From: Escherichia coli
Lineage (GTDB): Bacteria > Pseudomonadota > Gammaproteobacteria > Enterobacterales > Enterobacteriaceae
Length of the DNA stretch: 64,000 nucleotides
Direction: 5' to 3' (one strand)
Assembly (NCBI RefSeq): GCF_048403405.1
Contig: NZ_CP183129.1
Positions 1-10,878 of the stretch are shown here, in pieces (position 1 is the stretch's first letter; every line of letters starts with the position of its first letter). The notes under the pieces are model-generated. The model was not told the DNA's origin, searched no databases, and saw nothing but the letters and a program-made list of their open reading frames with translations. Made by a program: the position numbers and the translations under genes.

Positions 1-2
1 AT

Positions 3-551
3 CCGGTCAGCGATAACGCGGCGCTGACTGGGTTAAGTAAGCTTTTCCGGCACATTCAACCCGCCGTGAACGATCCTCAGGATCTGCGCGCAAAACTGGA
101 AATGCTGTGGGCGTCTTACTATGGCGGCGTAGCGATAACCCATGCGGGCACGCATCTCGTTCATGCGCTCTCCTACCCGTTAGGTGGCAAATATCATCTG
201 CCGCATGGCGTCGCGAATGCCATCTTGCTGGCGCCGTGCATGGCGTTTGTTCGCCCCTGGGCGGTCGAGAAATTTGCCCGGGTCTGGGATTGCATTCCCG
301 ATGCGGAAACCGCCCTGAGCGCGGAAGAAAAATCTCATGCCCTGGTGGCCTGGCTACAGGCATTAGTCAATCAACTCAAGCTACCCAACAATCTCGCGGA
401 TCTCGGCGTACCGCCAGAGGATATTGCCTCTCTTAGCGAGGCGGCACTGAACGTGAAGCGCCTTATGAACAATGCGCCGTGCCAGCTTGATCTACAGGAC
501 GTACAGGCCATTTACCAAACACTGTTTCCGCAACATCAATTTAAGGAATAA
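3..551 (+). CDS. Iron-containing alcohol dehydrogenase family protein, C-terminal part (gene continues upstream of the window)
   Basis: Open frame runs from the window edge to the stop at 551. The His-rich motif THAGTHLVHALSYPLGGKYHLPHGVANAILL resembles the metal-binding region of FucO/YqhD-type Fe-ADHs. The stop lies 3 nt before the next start codon. Confidence 0.6.
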   Translation, partial: PVSDNAALTGLSKLFRHIQPAVNDPQDLRAKLEMLWASYYGGVAITHAGTHLVHALSYPLGGKYHLPHGVANAILLAPCMAFVRPWAVEKFARVWDCIPDAETALSAEEKSHALVAWLQALVNQLKLPNNLADLGVPPEDIASLSEAALNVKRLMNNAPCQLDLQDVQAIYQTLFPQHQFKE

Positions 552-554
552 ATC

Positions 555-1442
555 ATGCCGAAAACCATTGAAGGTGTATTAACCGCCATCGTCACCCCGT
601 TTACCGCGACCGGCAGTCTGAATATCCCGGCGTTAAAAGTGCAGGTGAATCGTCAACTGGAAGCGGGTAACGCGATTTTTTGCGGCGGCACCAACGGCGA
701 GTTTTTTGTGTTGAATGAACAGGAGAAGCTCAGCGTTACGCAAACCTGCGTGGATGAAGTGGCTGGTCGTGCGCCGGTCGTGGCACACATTGGCGAGATC
801 TCGACGCGCGAAACGATTCGTCTGGGTCAGCAGATTGAAAAACTTGGCGTAGATGCTGTGTCGGTCATTACCCCTTACTTCGTACCGCTGAAACAGGAAG
901 AGTTGATTGCGCATTACAGCGCAATTGCCGACGCGCTGAGCATTCCGATGTTTCTCTATAACATCCCGGCCCGCACTGGCAATACGATCCAGCCGGAAAC
1001 CGCGCGTGCTCTGGCGTCGCATCCCAATATCATTGGGATTAAAGACAGCGCCGGAAGCGACGAAAGCCTGAAGGGTTTTCTCGATGCTGTGCGCAACATT
1101 GACGGCTTTAATGTACTCAACGGCCCGGATTCGCTGATCCATAAAGGGTTTGTCGAGGGGTGTTCAGCCTGTATCTCTGGGCTCGCCAACGTCGCACCGC
1201 GGGAAATCAATGCTATCTGGTCTCGCGTCCATGCCGGTGATATTGAAGGGTCTTATGAAGCACAGGAGAGTGTAACGGGCCTGCGTACCGACCTTTATAA
1301 AGTAGCGTTCTCCCCGGCTGCGGTGAAAAAAGCGTTGCAGCTTATGGGGCATGATGTTGGTGATAGCCGCTACGCGGTTAATTTCACGCCTGAACAGATC
1401 AGCGAGATTCAACAAATTATTCGTCATTATAACATTAATTAA
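555..1442 (+). CDS. DHDPS/N-acetylneuraminate-lyase family class I aldolase
   Basis: 295 aa. GGTNGEF motif resembles GTTGES of DapA; PYF and IIGIKDSAG contain the conserved Tyr and the Schiff-base Lys context of the DapA/NanA/KDG-aldolase family. RBS AAGGA lies upstream. Confidence 0.7.
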   Translation: MPKTIEGVLTAIVTPFTATGSLNIPALKVQVNRQLEAGNAIFCGGTNGEFFVLNEQEKLSVTQTCVDEVAGRAPVVAHIGEISTRETIRLGQQIEKLGVDAVSVITPYFVPLKQEELIAHYSAIADALSIPMFLYNIPARTGNTIQPETARALASHPNIIGIKDSAGSDESLKGFLDAVRNIDGFNVLNGPDSLIHKGFVEGCSACISGLANVAPREINAIWSRVHAGDIEGSYEAQESVTGLRTDLYKVAFSPAAVKKALQLMGHDVGDSRYAVNFTPEQISEIQQIIRHYNIN

Positions 1443-1501
1443 ATTAACTCTATTATCCAGCCCGCGATAAAGTTTAGATAAAGAGAATAAAGGATTACTC
1501 C

Positions 1502-2260
1502 ATGTTTTTGTGGTTTATGCAGCCAGATATCTGGCTCACTTTAATTACCCTCACCTTTCTGGAAATTATTCTTGGGGTGGATAATATTATTTTTCTTTCA
1601 CTGGTGGTGGCAAAACTTCCGTTATCACAACAAAATATGGCGCGTAAACTGGGTTTAAGCTGCGCGATGATTATGCGGATATTATTGCTGATATCCATTG
1701 CGTGGCTTTCACATATTACCCAGCCGCTTTTTACCGTGCTGACGCTGGAGATTTCGTTCCGCACGTTGATTCTGCTCGGGGGCGGGCTGTTCCTGATTTA
1801 TAAAGCGATACAGGAGATACGCGAAGAGCTGTCGCCCGCGCAGGAAGACGAACATGGCAGCGGATCGCGGCAACTGTCGTTGTGCGGTGCCATCGTACAG
1901 ATAATGCTGCTCGATATCGTGTTTAGCCTGGATTCGGTGATCACCGCCGTCGGCCTTTCTCAGCATATATTTATCATGATTGCCGCCGTAATGATTGCCG
2001 TCGGTGTCATGATGTTTGCGGCGAAAACAATTGGTGATTTCGTTAACGCCACGCCGTCAATAAAAATACTGGCGTTAACCTTTTTATTATTTGTCGGTGT
2101 ATTGCTGGTTGCCGATAGTCTCAACATTCATATTGCCAAAGAGTATCTCTACTTCGCGATATTTTTCTCATTAAGTGTTGAGACACTCAATATTATCCGT
2201 GAAAGAAGAAATAAAAAAGTTTCGACATTGATCGAAACGCATGAATCGCACTCGCATTAA
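1502..2260 (+). CDS. TerC/YgdQ-like (UPF0053) integral membrane protein
   Basis: 252 aa polytopic protein with LEIILGVDNIIFLSLVVAKLP and LDIVFSLDSVITAVG motifs typical of the TerC family. AAAGGA RBS. Visibly lower G+C (about 40 percent by eye) than its neighbours. Confidence 0.6.
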   Translation: MFLWFMQPDIWLTLITLTFLEIILGVDNIIFLSLVVAKLPLSQQNMARKLGLSCAMIMRILLLISIAWLSHITQPLFTVLTLEISFRTLILLGGGLFLIYKAIQEIREELSPAQEDEHGSGSRQLSLCGAIVQIMLLDIVFSLDSVITAVGLSQHIFIMIAAVMIAVGVMMFAAKTIGDFVNATPSIKILALTFLLFVGVLLVADSLNIHIAKEYLYFAIFFSLSVETLNIIRERRNKKVSTLIETHESHSH

Positions 2261-2295
2261 TAAATCTATTACCGACTTTAAGATGGAGTCTAACT

Positions 2296-3465
2296 ATGTC
2301 TGTAGCCCTTATTCGTGACGGCGTCATCCGTCCATCCGAAAACGATTCGCATGTGCTTACCGCCATGCTGCCCTCGTCCTGCCCACAAAACCACGCGGCG
2401 AATATTCTGCCTTTGCCGGATGGCGCGTTAATGTGCGTCTGGTTTGCGGGAACGCAGGAAGGTATTGCCGATATTTCTGTCTGGGGATCGCGATTGCCCG
2501 CTGGCGGGATGCAGTGGAGCGATGCGGTCAAACTTTCCCACGATGACACGCGTTCAGAGCAAAACCCAGTGCTGTTTCTCGCGCCGGATAACGTGCTGTG
2601 GCTGCTATGGACCGCACAAATATCCGGGAATCAGGACACCGCCATCGTCCGCTACCGTAAGTCAGACGACCTCGGACAAACCTGGGGCGAGATTGCCACG
2701 CTGCTCGATAAACCCGGCACGTTCATTCGCCAGCCGATCACGGTGCTTGATAACGGCAACTGGCTGCTGCCCGTCTTTTATTGCCGTACCCAACCCGGTG
2801 AAAAATGGGTCGGCAATGATGATATCAGCGCAGTGAAAATTTCCGCTGACGGTGGTCACTCCTGGCGCGATGTCGTGGTGCCGCAAAGTCTCGGCTGCGT
2901 TCATATGAATATCACAATGCTGCACGACAGTACGTTGGTTGCTCTCTTTCGAAGCCGTTGGGCAGACAACATCTATATCAGCCATTCAGTGGACAACGGC
3001 GAGAGTTGGTCGGTGCCGCAAGCTACCGAATTGCCCAACAACAATTCGTCTATTCAGGTAACGACGCTTGCCAGCGGCGAACTGGCGCTGGTGTACAACG
3101 CGATGAGTGCGGCAGGCGCAGTAGAACGTCGCGCGTCGCTTTATGACGAAATCGACGATGGCGACGACAGCCGCAAAGAACCGACAGCCGTCGGACGCTC
3201 CGCTTTCTGGGGGGCCCCACGCGCGCCGATGACGGTAGCGATTTCTGCCGATGGTGGGAAAAGCTGGCCGTGGCGGCGCAATCTCGATGAAGGCGACGGC
3301 TACTGCATGACCAACAATTCCCTGGAAAAGCTAAATCGTGAGTTCTCCTACCCCAGCATCAAACAAAGCCCGGACGGTACGCTACATATCGCTTACACCT
3401 GGTGGCGTCAGGCCATCAAGTACGTGCGCATCTCCCCCGAGTGGGTTAAGGGGCAGGCATCATGA
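2296..3465 (+). CDS. BNR/Asp-box repeat sialidase-like beta-propeller protein (GH33-like), apparently cytoplasmic
   Basis: 389 aa with four Asp-box motifs (SDDLGQTW, SADGGHSW, SVDNGESW, SADGGKSW). The N-terminus has no hydrophobic signal peptide. GGAG RBS. Confidence 0.65.
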   Translation: MSVALIRDGVIRPSENDSHVLTAMLPSSCPQNHAANILPLPDGALMCVWFAGTQEGIADISVWGSRLPAGGMQWSDAVKLSHDDTRSEQNPVLFLAPDNVLWLLWTAQISGNQDTAIVRYRKSDDLGQTWGEIATLLDKPGTFIRQPITVLDNGNWLLPVFYCRTQPGEKWVGNDDISAVKISADGGHSWRDVVVPQSLGCVHMNITMLHDSTLVALFRSRWADNIYISHSVDNGESWSVPQATELPNNNSSIQVTTLASGELALVYNAMSAAGAVERRASLYDEIDDGDDSRKEPTAVGRSAFWGAPRAPMTVAISADGGKSWPWRRNLDEGDGYCMTNNSLEKLNREFSYPSIKQSPDGTLHIAYTWWRQAIKYVRISPEWVKGQAS

Positions 3466-3932
3466 TTATCGGTAATCTCAACCATTTGTCGCTGGCGGGG
3501 CTTCCCGCCTGGGTGAGAAATATTCTGCTGTGCCCGGAGTGTTCGTTATCGGCGTTATCCGCCAGAGAGGACGGTCGCTGGCAACCTGAAGGATGTCGGT
3601 GGTTCTGCACGCTGGGAACTTCAGACACGCAACCCGCCGAACTCCGCCATACGGAGTATCACCATCTGTGGGCCGATATCCAGGTGGTGATTACTGGTTG
3701 TGAGGGCATTAATGCGGGAACGCGGCCCATCGCTCGCGAAAACGATGAAGAACGTAAGCCCGATCTGTTTATCGCCCCATCCCCTGAAAACAGTGTCGCC
3801 ATCACTCTACACCCCGGTGATTTCGCCGTCTTTATGCCTGAGGAACCTCACCAGGCGCTGTGCGCGATTGGCGCGGCTACGTCAGTACGCAAAGCGGTCT
3901 TTAAGGTACCGCGCGACATGCTGGAAGCCTAA
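3462..3932 (+). CDS. YhcH/YjgK/YiaL (DUF386) family protein, NanQ/EbgC-like
   Basis: 156 aa. C-terminal GDFAVFMPEEPH closely matches the conserved motif of E. coli YhcH. Start codon overlaps the upstream stop (ATGA), suggesting translational coupling. Confidence 0.65.
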   Translation: MIIGNLNHLSLAGLPAWVRNILLCPECSLSALSAREDGRWQPEGCRWFCTLGTSDTQPAELRHTEYHHLWADIQVVITGCEGINAGTRPIARENDEERKPDLFIAPSPENSVAITLHPGDFAVFMPEEPHQALCAIGAATSVRKAVFKVPRDMLEA

Positions 3933-3945
3933 AAGGAGAGAAAAA

Positions 3946-5226
3946 ATGACAATGGAAATGATCCTGGCATTAGGAATACTGGTCCTGATGATCGTGCTGA
4001 TCATGTCGGACAAAATGCCATTTGGCGCACCGCCACTGCTTGCGTGTTTATTGCTGGTTGTCTCGGGACTTTCGACCGTTCAACAGGCTTTTGCCGGATT
4101 CGTCAATCCAAGCGTGGTGATGATTGCAGGGTTTATGGTGGTCATGGCAGCGCTACAAAAAACCCGGCTTATCAGCAACGTTAAATCTGCGATGATAAGC
4201 CTGGTCAATAAAGGCAGTTACCGCAGCTACGGGCTGTTGTTAGTCATTGTTATGCTGGGTGCCAGTCTTGCAGGCACCGGCGCGACCGGTTATTACGTGC
4301 TGATTCTGTCGCTGGTATCCACCATTCCGTACAGTAAAAAGCTACCAACATCGAAATTAATGATGCCCCTGGGATTTGCCACCAACCACCCGCTTCTTCC
4401 TATCAATCTCGCGCTTCTCTTTGGCGTTACGGCGACCGTACTCGAAACCGCGGGTTTTCATCAGGAGATTTCGATGGGGCGCTTTGCGCTGGTGAATCTC
4501 ATCATGTCAGCGGCGTTCCTCGCATGGAGTCTTATTGCCTACCGTTTTCTTCCGGATCATCCCATTGCGGATGCTTCCGAGGATGCGCTGGCGGCACGCG
4601 AGGAAACGTTTAACGCCCTTCCTGCCTGGAAAGAATATTGCACTATTGCCGCATTCGCTGTCAGCGTTATCGGCATGATGCTAATGAACATTCTGGGAAA
4701 TATCGCCTTCGTTATTCCGGGTCTTGCGGGTGCGTTTGTTCTGATGATCGATGTACTGGACTTTAAAGAAGTTCGCGATCATATGGGAGCGCCGGTCATT
4801 TTAATGATGGCGGGGGTGATCGGTGTAGCTGATGCACTGGCGGGCACCGGCTTTACGGCGATGGTTGGCGATGCCGTTGCAGGTGTGCTCGGTTCTGGCG
4901 TCTCACCGTTTGTATTTATTGTCGCCTTTGCTTTGCTTACCAGTACCTGCGCCACCTTCACGGGTTCGAATATGGGGTCTGTTTATATTTTTGCCCCCAT
5001 CGCCATTGCCGCCTGTACCAGCCTTGGGCTTAACCCGACCGCTGCAGCGATTGCGGTGGTGATTTCAGGCTGGAACGGCGGCTATATGCCTATTGACGGA
5101 ATGCCAGCCATGATCCTCGGAATGGGGAAATACAAACTTCCCGAATTCTGGGTGTTCTCTGTACCAATGTATCTCATCCGCATTCTGGCGCTTTGTGCAG
5201 GCGCTGTTTTTATCTTCCCAATGTAA
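3946..5226 (+). CDS. Polytopic permease with two-repeat architecture (ion-transporter superfamily-like; exact family unresolved)
   Basis: 427 aa from the ATG preceded by a strong AAGGAG RBS; the ORF track's longer 508-aa frame overlaps the upstream gene. Multiple hydrophobic segments and an internal repeat (NPSVVMIAGFMVV / GAPVILMMAGVIGV). Confidence 0.5.
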   Translation: MTMEMILALGILVLMIVLIMSDKMPFGAPPLLACLLLVVSGLSTVQQAFAGFVNPSVVMIAGFMVVMAALQKTRLISNVKSAMISLVNKGSYRSYGLLLVIVMLGASLAGTGATGYYVLILSLVSTIPYSKKLPTSKLMMPLGFATNHPLLPINLALLFGVTATVLETAGFHQEISMGRFALVNLIMSAAFLAWSLIAYRFLPDHPIADASEDALAAREETFNALPAWKEYCTIAAFAVSVIGMMLMNILGNIAFVIPGLAGAFVLMIDVLDFKEVRDHMGAPVILMMAGVIGVADALAGTGFTAMVGDAVAGVLGSGVSPFVFIVAFALLTSTCATFTGSNMGSVYIFAPIAIAACTSLGLNPTAAAIAVVISGWNGGYMPIDGMPAMILGMGKYKLPEFWVFSVPMYLIRILALCAGAVFIFPM

Positions 5227-5233
5227 TCTCAGA

Positions 5234-5271
5234 CAAAAAAAGCGGCAGAGAAGATCCCTGCCGCTTTTTAT
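5234..5271. terminator. Bidirectional rho-independent terminator between the convergent permease gene and nagE
   Basis: A-tract, GC hairpin AGCGGCAG...CTGCCGCT, then T-tract. Confidence 0.55.
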
Positions 5272-5314
5272 TGTTGGATGCGACGCTGCCGTGTCGCATC
5301 AGGTATAAAGCAGA

Positions 5315-7261
5315 TTACTTTTTGATTTCATACAGCGGCGTTTGACCCGCCACGACATGGCCCTGAGCTTTAATGATCAAGCCGCTGAAATCGTCGATAT
5401 TGCTGCAAACCACCGGGCTAATCATCGAGCGGGCGTTAGCGTTCAGGTAATCCAGATCCATTTCCAGAATCGGTTGTCCTGCGCTTACCTGCGCGCCCTC
5501 TTCCACCAGACGTTTAAAACCTTTACCTTCCAGCGCTACGGTGTCGATACCCATATGGACGACGATCTCCGCGCCTTTTTCGGTTTCCAGGCAGAACGCG
5601 TGGTTGGTATTGAAGATTTTCACGATTGTCCCTGCGGCTGGTGATACGACGATTTTATCTGTCGGTTTCACCGCCACACCGTCACCCACCGCTTTGCTGG
5701 CGAATGCTTCGTCAGGAACCTGATCCAGTGCCACAACATCACCGGTAATCGGCGATACCAGCTCCGCGACAGACACCGCGTTTGGTATAGCCTGCGGTTT
5801 TGCTACAGGCGCGGCAGTTGCAGGCGCAGTTTCAGCTGACGTAGCGGCTACCGGACCACGGGCAACAACTTTCTTCATTGCATCGCCAATGGATTCCGCT
5901 TTCGCGCCAACAATCACCTGAATAGTCTGTTTGTTCAGTTTCACTACCCCAGAAGCACCCAGCCGTTTACACATCGCATCGTTGACGCGAGCCGAGTCAA
6001 CCACGGTCAGGCGCAGACGAGTAATACAGGCGTCAATTGCTTTCAGGTTGTCAGTGCCGCCAACCGCAGCAATATAGTTGGTCGCCAGTTGATTGAGGCC
6101 TTCTTCAGTGTTGCTGTTGGCTTCTTCAGTAACGATCTCATCTTCTTTATCTTCACGACCCGGCGTTTTCAGGTTGAACATGCGGATAACCAAACTGAAC
6201 ACCACGAAGTAGATAGCGAAGAAGACAACACCCATCACCAGCAGCATCCAGACGTTCTGGCTGGCGGCCGGCAGGTTATACATCAACGCGTAGTCGATAG
6301 CCCCCGCAGAGAAGGAGAAGCCCGCGTGGATACCCAGCAGCGTTGCCACAAACAGGCTGATACCGGTCAGCAGTGCGTGCAGGAGGTACAGCAGCGGCGC
6401 AAGGAACATGAACAGGAATTCCAGCGGCTCAGTCACACCGGTCAGGAACGCAGTAACAGCAACAGAAAGCAGCATACCGCCAACCATCGGACGACGCTCT
6501 TTCGGTGCTGCAAAGTACATCGCCAGCGCCGCACCCGGCAGACCGAACATCATGATCGGGAAGAAGCCGGACATGAACATCCCCGCGGTGCCGTCACCGG
6601 CATAGAAGCGGTTGATGTCACCGTGGAAAACCGTACCCGCCGCGTTGGTGAATTCACCAATCTGGAACCAGGCGATGGTGTTCAGTACCTGATGCAGACC
6701 GGTTGGGATCAGCAGACGGTTGATGAAACCAAAGATACCGGAACCCAGCGCGCCCGCAGAAACGATCCACTCGCCGCCTGCATGGATAGCGTGCTGTACC
6801 GGCGGCCAGACGTAACCAAAAATGGCCGCCAGCACCAGGCAGAAGAAGCCGGTGGCAATCGGCACAAAGCGTTTGCCGCCGAAGAAACTCAGGAAGTCCG
6901 GCAGTTTAATATCGGACCAACGGTTATAAGCTGCGCCACCAACCAGACCGGTAATGATACCCGCCAGTACACCCATGTTAATTTCCGGGTTGATGGTCAC
7001 CATCGCTTTGGTTAACACAAAGTAACCTACCGCACCCGCCAGCGCCGCCGCACCTGCGCTGTCTTTCGACCAGCTGGATGCCACACCGATGGCGAAGATT
7101 AATGCGAGGTTATCAAAAATCGCACCGCCCGCCTGGGCAATAAACGCAACGTTAAGTAAATCTGGCTGACCGAATCGCAGCAACAGCGCCGCCACCGGCA
7201 GCACCGCGATAGGGAGCTGTAACGCCCTACCGAGTCGCTGGAAAAAACCTAAAATATTCAT
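5315..7261 (-). CDS. nagE: PTS N-acetylglucosamine-specific EIICBA component
   Basis: 648 aa; sequence and position divergent from nagB match E. coli NagE. Confidence 0.93.
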   Translation of the reverse strand: MNILGFFQRLGRALQLPIAVLPVAALLLRFGQPDLLNVAFIAQAGGAIFDNLALIFAIGVASSWSKDSAGAAALAGAVGYFVLTKAMVTINPEINMGVLAGIITGLVGGAAYNRWSDIKLPDFLSFFGGKRFVPIATGFFCLVLAAIFGYVWPPVQHAIHAGGEWIVSAGALGSGIFGFINRLLIPTGLHQVLNTIAWFQIGEFTNAAGTVFHGDINRFYAGDGTAGMFMSGFFPIMMFGLPGAALAMYFAAPKERRPMVGGMLLSVAVTAFLTGVTEPLEFLFMFLAPLLYLLHALLTGISLFVATLLGIHAGFSFSAGAIDYALMYNLPAASQNVWMLLVMGVVFFAIYFVVFSLVIRMFNLKTPGREDKEDEIVTEEANSNTEEGLNQLATNYIAAVGGTDNLKAIDACITRLRLTVVDSARVNDAMCKRLGASGVVKLNKQTIQVIVGAKAESIGDAMKKVVARGPVAATSAETAPATAAPVAKPQAIPNAVSVAELVSPITGDVVALDQVPDEAFASKAVGDGVAVKPTDKIVVSPAAGTIVKIFNTNHAFCLETEKGAEIVVHMGIDTVALEGKGFKRLVEEGAQVSAGQPILEMDLDYLNANARSMISPVVCSNIDDFSGLIIKAQGHVVAGQTPLYEIKK

Positions 7262-7593
7262 CTTATTCCCCCTACGAGAACCCTATTTGGCTCGTTTAAA
7301 GCCGTATTTTTATTTTGCTGCAAATTGTACTGCCGATGTTCTGTAATCAGATTGTTAGATCATCTGCTACAGAGTGTGTGAAAATTTAATTCGTATCGCA
7401 AATTAAACGCGTGTCTTTTGTGAGTTTTGTCACCAAATATCGTTATCATCACTCCCTTTTACTGGCTAAACCAGAAAACTTATTTTATCATTCAAAAAAT
7501 CAGGTCGGATTGACGCCTGTCTGCGCAAATCCAGGTTACGCTTAAAGATGCCTAATCCGCCAACGGCTTACATTTTACTTATTGAGGTGAATA
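7262..7593. promoter_or_regulatory. Divergent nagE / nagBACD control region with CRP site and NagC operator-like palindrome
   Basis: CRP-like site TGTGAgttttgTCACC at 7419-7434; AT-rich palindrome TTAATTCGTATCGCAAATTAA at about 7386-7406 resembles a NagC operator. Confidence 0.55.
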
Positions 7594-9602
<2,009 letters not shown>

Positions 9603-9610
9603 GAGAAAGT

Positions 9611-10831
9611 ATGACACCAGGCGGACAAGCTCAGATAGGTAATGTTGATCTCGTAAAACAGCTTAACAGCGCGGCGGTTTATCGCTTGATTGACCAGTAC
9701 GGGCCAATCTCGCGGATTCAGATTGCCGAGCAAAGCCAGCTTGCCCCCGCCAGCGTAACCAAAATTACGCGTCAGCTTATCGAACGCGGGCTGATTAAAG
9801 AAGTTGATCAGCAGGCCTCCACCGGGGGCCGCCGCGCTATCTCTATCGTCACCGAAACCCGCAATTTCCACGCAATCGGCGTACGGCTTGGTCGTCACGA
9901 CGCCACCATCACTCTGTTTGATCTCAGTAGCAAAGTGCTGGCAGAAGAACATTACCCGCTGCCGGAACGTACCCAGCAGACGCTGGAACATGCCCTGCTG
10001 AATGCCATTGCTCAGTTTATTGATAGCTACCAGCGCAAACTGCGCGAGCTGATCGCCATTTCCGTGATCCTGCCAGGACTTGTTGACCCGGACAGCGGCA
10101 AAATTCATTACATGCCGCATATTCAGGTAGAAAACTGGGGGCTGGTAGAAGCTCTGGAAGAACGTTTTAAAGTGACCTGTTTCGTCGGTCACGATATCCG
10201 TAGTCTGGCGCTGGCGGAGCACTACTTCGGTGCAAGTCAGGATTGCGAAGACTCCATTCTGGTGCGTGTACATCGCGGAACCGGGGCCGGGATTATCTCT
10301 AACGGGCGCATTTTTATTGGCCGCAACGGTAACGTCGGTGAAATTGGCCATATTCAGGTCGAACCGCTGGGTGAACGCTGCCACTGCGGCAACTTTGGCT
10401 GCCTGGAAACTATCGCCGCCAACGCTGCCATTGAACAACGGGTGTTGAATCTGTTAAAGCAGGGCTACCAGAGCCGTGTGCCACTGGACGACTGCACCAT
10501 CAAAACTATCTGCAAAGCCGCGAACAAAGGCGATAGCCTGGCGTCGGAAGTGATTGAGTATGTCGGTCGTCATCTGGGCAAAACCATCGCCATTGCTATC
10601 AACTTATTTAATCCGCAAAAAATTGTTATTGCCGGTGAGATCACCGAAGCCGATAAAGTGCTGCTCCCTGCTATTGAAAGCTGCATTAATACCCAGGCGC
10701 TGAAGGCGTTTCGTACTAATCTGCCGGTGGTACGTTCTGAGCTGGATCACCGCTCGGCAATCGGCGCTTTTGCGCTGGTAAAACGCGCCATGCTCAACGG
10801 TATTTTGCTCCAGCATTTGCTGGAAAATTAA
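9611..10831 (+). CDS. nagC: ROK-family transcriptional regulator of the nag regulon
   Basis: 406 aa; N-terminal HTH then ROK sugar-kinase-like domain; synteny. Confidence 0.93.
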   Translation: MTPGGQAQIGNVDLVKQLNSAAVYRLIDQYGPISRIQIAEQSQLAPASVTKITRQLIERGLIKEVDQQASTGGRRAISIVTETRNFHAIGVRLGRHDATITLFDLSSKVLAEEHYPLPERTQQTLEHALLNAIAQFIDSYQRKLRELIAISVILPGLVDPDSGKIHYMPHIQVENWGLVEALEERFKVTCFVGHDIRSLALAEHYFGASQDCEDSILVRVHRGTGAGIISNGRIFIGRNGNVGEIGHIQVEPLGERCHCGNFGCLETIAANAAIEQRVLNLLKQGYQSRVPLDDCTIKTICKAANKGDSLASEVIEYVGRHLGKTIAIAINLFNPQKIVIAGEITEADKVLLPAIESCINTQALKAFRTNLPVVRSELDHRSAIGAFALVKRAMLNGILLQHLLEN

Positions 10832-10878
10832 TGTGCTTTTATAGTGGCGCTTATTGTTGTCAATATTCTGGGTAGTCC

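Noticed and set aside
3700-3945. Upstream part of the 508-aa ORF-track frame for the permease
   Set aside because: It overlaps the YhcH-like gene in another frame. The ATG at 3946 has a strong AAGGAG RBS and begins the hydrophobic N-terminus, so I start the gene there.
6089-7015. 308-aa plus-strand ORF (and a 65-aa one) inside nagE
   Set aside because: Entirely antisense to the well-supported nagE gene, with an Arg/His-rich low-complexity translation typical of antisense frames of GC-rich genes.
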